The position numbers and the translations under genes were made by a program. A stretch of 64,000 nucleotides of DNA. Source: Moniliella sp. 'wahieum'. Its lineage: Eukaryota. The stretch spans positions 496,001-560,000 of the forward strand of contig RSEE01000011.1 in the NCBI GenBank assembly GCA_003971905.1, read 5' to 3'. The notes beneath the pieces were generated by a model. It was given only the letters and a program-made list of their open reading frames with translations, had not been told where the DNA came from and did no database searches. Of this stretch, positions 60,845 through 64,000 are shown one piece after another (the stretch's first letter is position 1; every line of letters begins with the position of its first letter).

Positions 60845-61937
60845 TTACCTAAACTTAGGTGCGTATGTGCATGTATGCGAAACCCAGTTGTAACGTTCTA
60901 TCAAGATCGGTGCCTTGTAGAATGCCTTTAGAATCGCACATTTCGCAGTACATCCACCCATGGCTGGGGGTAGGTTGAAAGGGACCAACTGGGCCGTAAC
61001 CTGGGCCATAACCAGGCCGGCATCGTGAGTGACGGAAAGGTGAAGTTGGATGCGCTGGTCATGACTGGGGGGTAAATCATTGGCCGCGCTCAGGGGGTCA
61101 TCCAGGGTGCCCTCGCCGAAGGGGCCGCCCCCGAAGGGTCAGCCTCAGCGGCTGGTCCGGGGGAGCCCCCCGAGCTAGGGCGCGCGCTTCCCTCCCATCG
61201 GTTATGGAACACTGGCGTAAATGTCAAAAATGGTTTGCCCGACTTGGAAGACGGCAACTTTCATCACTCTCGCCGTGGATGGCAGTCCGGCCTCCGTGTC
61301 CTGCTGCTCGCGCTGCAAATGAAGTCATGGGCTCCTTCCTCAAACGCTGGTGTGGCAGCTTGCTGCGAAACGTTTGAGTTTCTTGCCCAGGGCGCGGTCC
61401 TGCAGCGCCCAGGGTAAGGGCCGGCGCGTGGGCTGCGGTGGCAGGCACGTCGGACAGCTGGAGGCGAGCCAGGCGACCCGGAGAAGAGAGAGAGCTATGC
61501 TTGGTCAGTTGGAGGTCGTACCAGCGGAGGGTGAAGTGGGGCTGGAGGCCTTGAAAGTAGCTTCCTTGGCGGTCCAACGAAGCGCGAGCGAACGCAAAAT
61601 CGCTGGGTCCACCACCCGTCGTGCGGACGGGGCGGGCGGGACTGCATGATGGGGCTTCCATCAGGACGGAGAGGCCCGCGGTACAGGCGGGCAAGGAAGG
61701 ATTTGAGCTCGTCAGGGGCCATGATGCGGTGCGCCAGCTTGGCAGCTGCGGCTAGGGTGTACGGCGGGGCTGCATGGACGGGACCGGGGGGGGAGAAATT
61801 CGGGGACAGCGGTGGGGCTGCTGGCGGCGATGCGGACGCTGTGCGATGCAGCAGGCCTGGAGGCGCGTGAGCTGCAGCACGTCTACGCCACGCCCAGCAC
61901 CAGGCCGCTGATACTGGTAGGAGGGGGGGGGGGACAT
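60845..61937 (-). CDS. PPT2: AcpS-type 4'-phosphopantetheinyl transferase (Ppt2), split over several frames
   Basis: GVDVLQLTRL, LAHRIMAPDEL, LALRWTAKEATFKA-LQP, C-terminal IQLHLSVTHDAGLVMAQV (about 61055-61000); 3' end uncertain. Confidence 0.8.
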
Positions 61938-62544
61938 GGGAGCAGAGCAAGAAGAGGGGGCTCGAAAGCGGAAGCTCAGGCAAGAAGCACCTAAAGTCAG
62001 CAGCTTAGTACTTGGGTGTGGGTTGCTTGTCTGATTCTGGCGGCATGCTGATGGGAAGCGAAGCGAGGCCGGAAGGGCGGAATGAAAGATGGTGGGTGCA
62101 AGTGGGGCAATGGGGCAGCGCCCAACAGCAGTAGGGTTGTGCTCGTGACTCCAGCTGATCGGCCGGGGTACAGCTGAACAACGACGCACTGCGGAAGAGC
62201 ACCAGTGGGCGCGGCCTGCATCGGCACGGCAGCTCGGCACAGTGGGCAGCAGCTCGGCTGGGGTCGGAGTTGTTGGGTCTGGGACGCGGGCAGACGAGCC
62301 GCGCGCCATTCAAGTTGCATTCGGCCCAGCACTGGCTGGCGCAGTGCGGCTGCAGCCGCACGCTGAAAGCGGCAGCCCGCAGCCAGGCAGGCCAGGCCGA
62401 CTACCCGCGAAGCGAGTAAATAACAATACTACCTCGGCGCCTGCAAACATCCACACGACGACAAATCGGGAGGCACTCGCCTGCTCTTCTGCTCTTTCGT
62501 TTCGGAAGCCATTAGCCACTGCGCATCCCCACCGCCCCTCCGCC

Positions 62545-64000
62545 ATGGCCGCACCTACACTCCAGGTGCCCGCTGGGCCCATGCTCAAGTACGACACTGT
62601 CATCAGCAACACCTACCGCATCTTTGTCCTCATCTCTGTCGATAATGCCCACTCCACCCCCGGCCTCGCCCCGAGCTCGTCTGGACCGTGTCCCCGCAGC
62701 CCAACGCGCCCCTCGACCCCGCCCAGGACCACACCGCTGTTGCGCATCCACCCCCTCTACCACTACACAGGACCCGCCGGCGACGTCACCTTCTGGCGCT
62801 TCCTGCTCGAGATCCCCATGGCCCCCACCCCTGCCTTTTGCTCCTACCAGATTTCCCCAGCCGCGTTGCCCCCAAACCCCAGCAGCAGTCCGACTCGGTC
62901 GACCCCACCCGTCCCTACACCTTTGCTGTGCCGGTGCCCAGCAAGACTTCCACTGGGCCGCCTACTCCTGCAACGGGTTTTCCCTCTCGGTCAACCCGGC
63001 CGACTTCAATGGCCCCAACCCAGTGTGGGAAGACCTGCTGCGCGCACACGAGCGCAACCCTTTCCATGTGCTCAATGGAGGCGGCGATCAGAGTACGTCT
63101 CGCCCTCCTTTCTCTCTGCCCCCCGCCCACCTTAACCCGTCGATCCAGTCTACTGCGACCGCATGGTCCGCGAACCCGAACTTCAAGCCTGGCACAACAG
63201 CAAAATGCCCGCGACGGGGTGCCATGCCTCTGACTGAAGAAATCCGCATTGGCCTAGACCGTTTTGGATCCAATGGTACACCGAGTGTTCTCCACGGGCG
63301 CATTTAGTCCGTGCCATTGCCCCAATCCCCATGGTCAACATGACCGACGATCATGACTTGATCGATGGCTTTGGCACTTACGAAAAGGAATGGTCCACCA
63401 CCCCCATCTTTAACCACATTGGTACCCGCGGCTACTGGTGGTACCTGCTCTTCCAGCAGTTTCCTCGTCGATGAGGTCGATGGGACCGACGAGGCGACTC
63501 ATCCCACAAGTCGATCATCTTTGGTGCGGTGGACGCCCCCTTCATCAAGGGTGCTCGCGGTCACACCTTCCTTACCTACCTGGGGCCCCAGCAGTATCTC
63601 TCTCTCTCGACTGTCGCGCTGAGCGGACGGTCAACACGGTGGTAAGCGAGGCGACGTACCGCAAGGCTGCAGAACTTGTACAAGCTCCCTAGCTCGGTCA
63701 ACCACCTTGTATACTGCTGGGTGTACTGGCGTACCCGCGCATGGTGTTTGTAGAGAAGATGCTGTCCAACTCATACAACCCCGTGGTATTTTGGCCAAGA
63801 CATTCAGCAGTGGGTTTACCAACTCGTTTGATGAACGTCCCGAGCTTCTGGACGACCTGGGGGACCATTGGTGTGCTGGCCCGCACAAGCGCGAGCGCAA
63901 CTGGTTCGTCGAGCAGTTGCAGCACCTCGCTACTGCTCGAGCTTTGCGCATCTCCTTTATCTCGGGCGACGTGCACGCTGGGGGAGCAGGCTTGTTTTAT
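62545..64000 (+). CDS. PhoD-like metallophosphatase family protein, runs off the window
   Basis: GPMLKYDT, YSCNGFS, PFHVLNGGGDQ-intron-YCD, DDHDLIDGFGTY, LDCRAERT, DDLGDHW, SFISGDVH. Confidence 0.85.

Noticed and set aside
60960..61210. GC-rich hairpins suggesting SRP RNA or another ncRNA
   Set aside because: The minus strand encodes the PPT2 C-terminal motif HLSVTHD
61785..61812. RNase P CR-I-like GGAGAAATTCGG
   Set aside because: Lies inside the PPT2 CDS on the opposite strand; no matching CR-V seen
36715..61937. Secondary-metabolite cluster (PPTase, transporter, crotonase, oxidoreductase)
   Set aside because: No PKS/NRPS/terpene backbone gene; the PPTase is the mitochondrial AcpS type; genes are interspersed with housekeeping genes

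Overview
GC-rich, gene-dense fungal nuclear DNA with few short introns (GT...CTAAC/CTGAC...AG). Protein similarity and gene density suggest a basidiomycete, probably Ustilaginomycotina (inference). About 29 recognisable, mostly housekeeping genes are present: UBP3-like deubiquitinase, class II DAHP synthase, NEW1/Elf1, Bud4, Mmt2, peflin, GMF, DDB1, dynamitin, SQT1, HIS6, VPS26, EBP-like, DsbA-like, MLH3, JEN1, APC11, DHX29-like, mS29/DAP3, ADE1, RPL14, Nop13-like, PPT2 and a PhoD-like phosphatase, plus one intron-containing tRNA-Leu(CAG). Nearly all CDSs are broken by small indels, most likely from an unpolished long-read consensus, so gene coordinates were stitched by eye across frames and are approximate. 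Main points of interest: (1) a complete 1416-bp non-autonomous LTR element (TRIM-like) with 240-bp LTRs identical by eye and a 5-bp target-site duplication (TSD); (2) a solo LTR inserted into an enoyl-CoA isomerase-like gene; (3) recurrent intergenic micro-arrays with a 7-bp period, often a 6-bp palindrome plus one base, in several sequence classes; (4) a modular protein with hexad repeats, a Cys cluster and an alpha-crystallin-like C-terminus, behind a heat-shock element; (5) MLH3 with apparently degenerate ATPase motifs. No database search was run; all calls rest on motif recognition.
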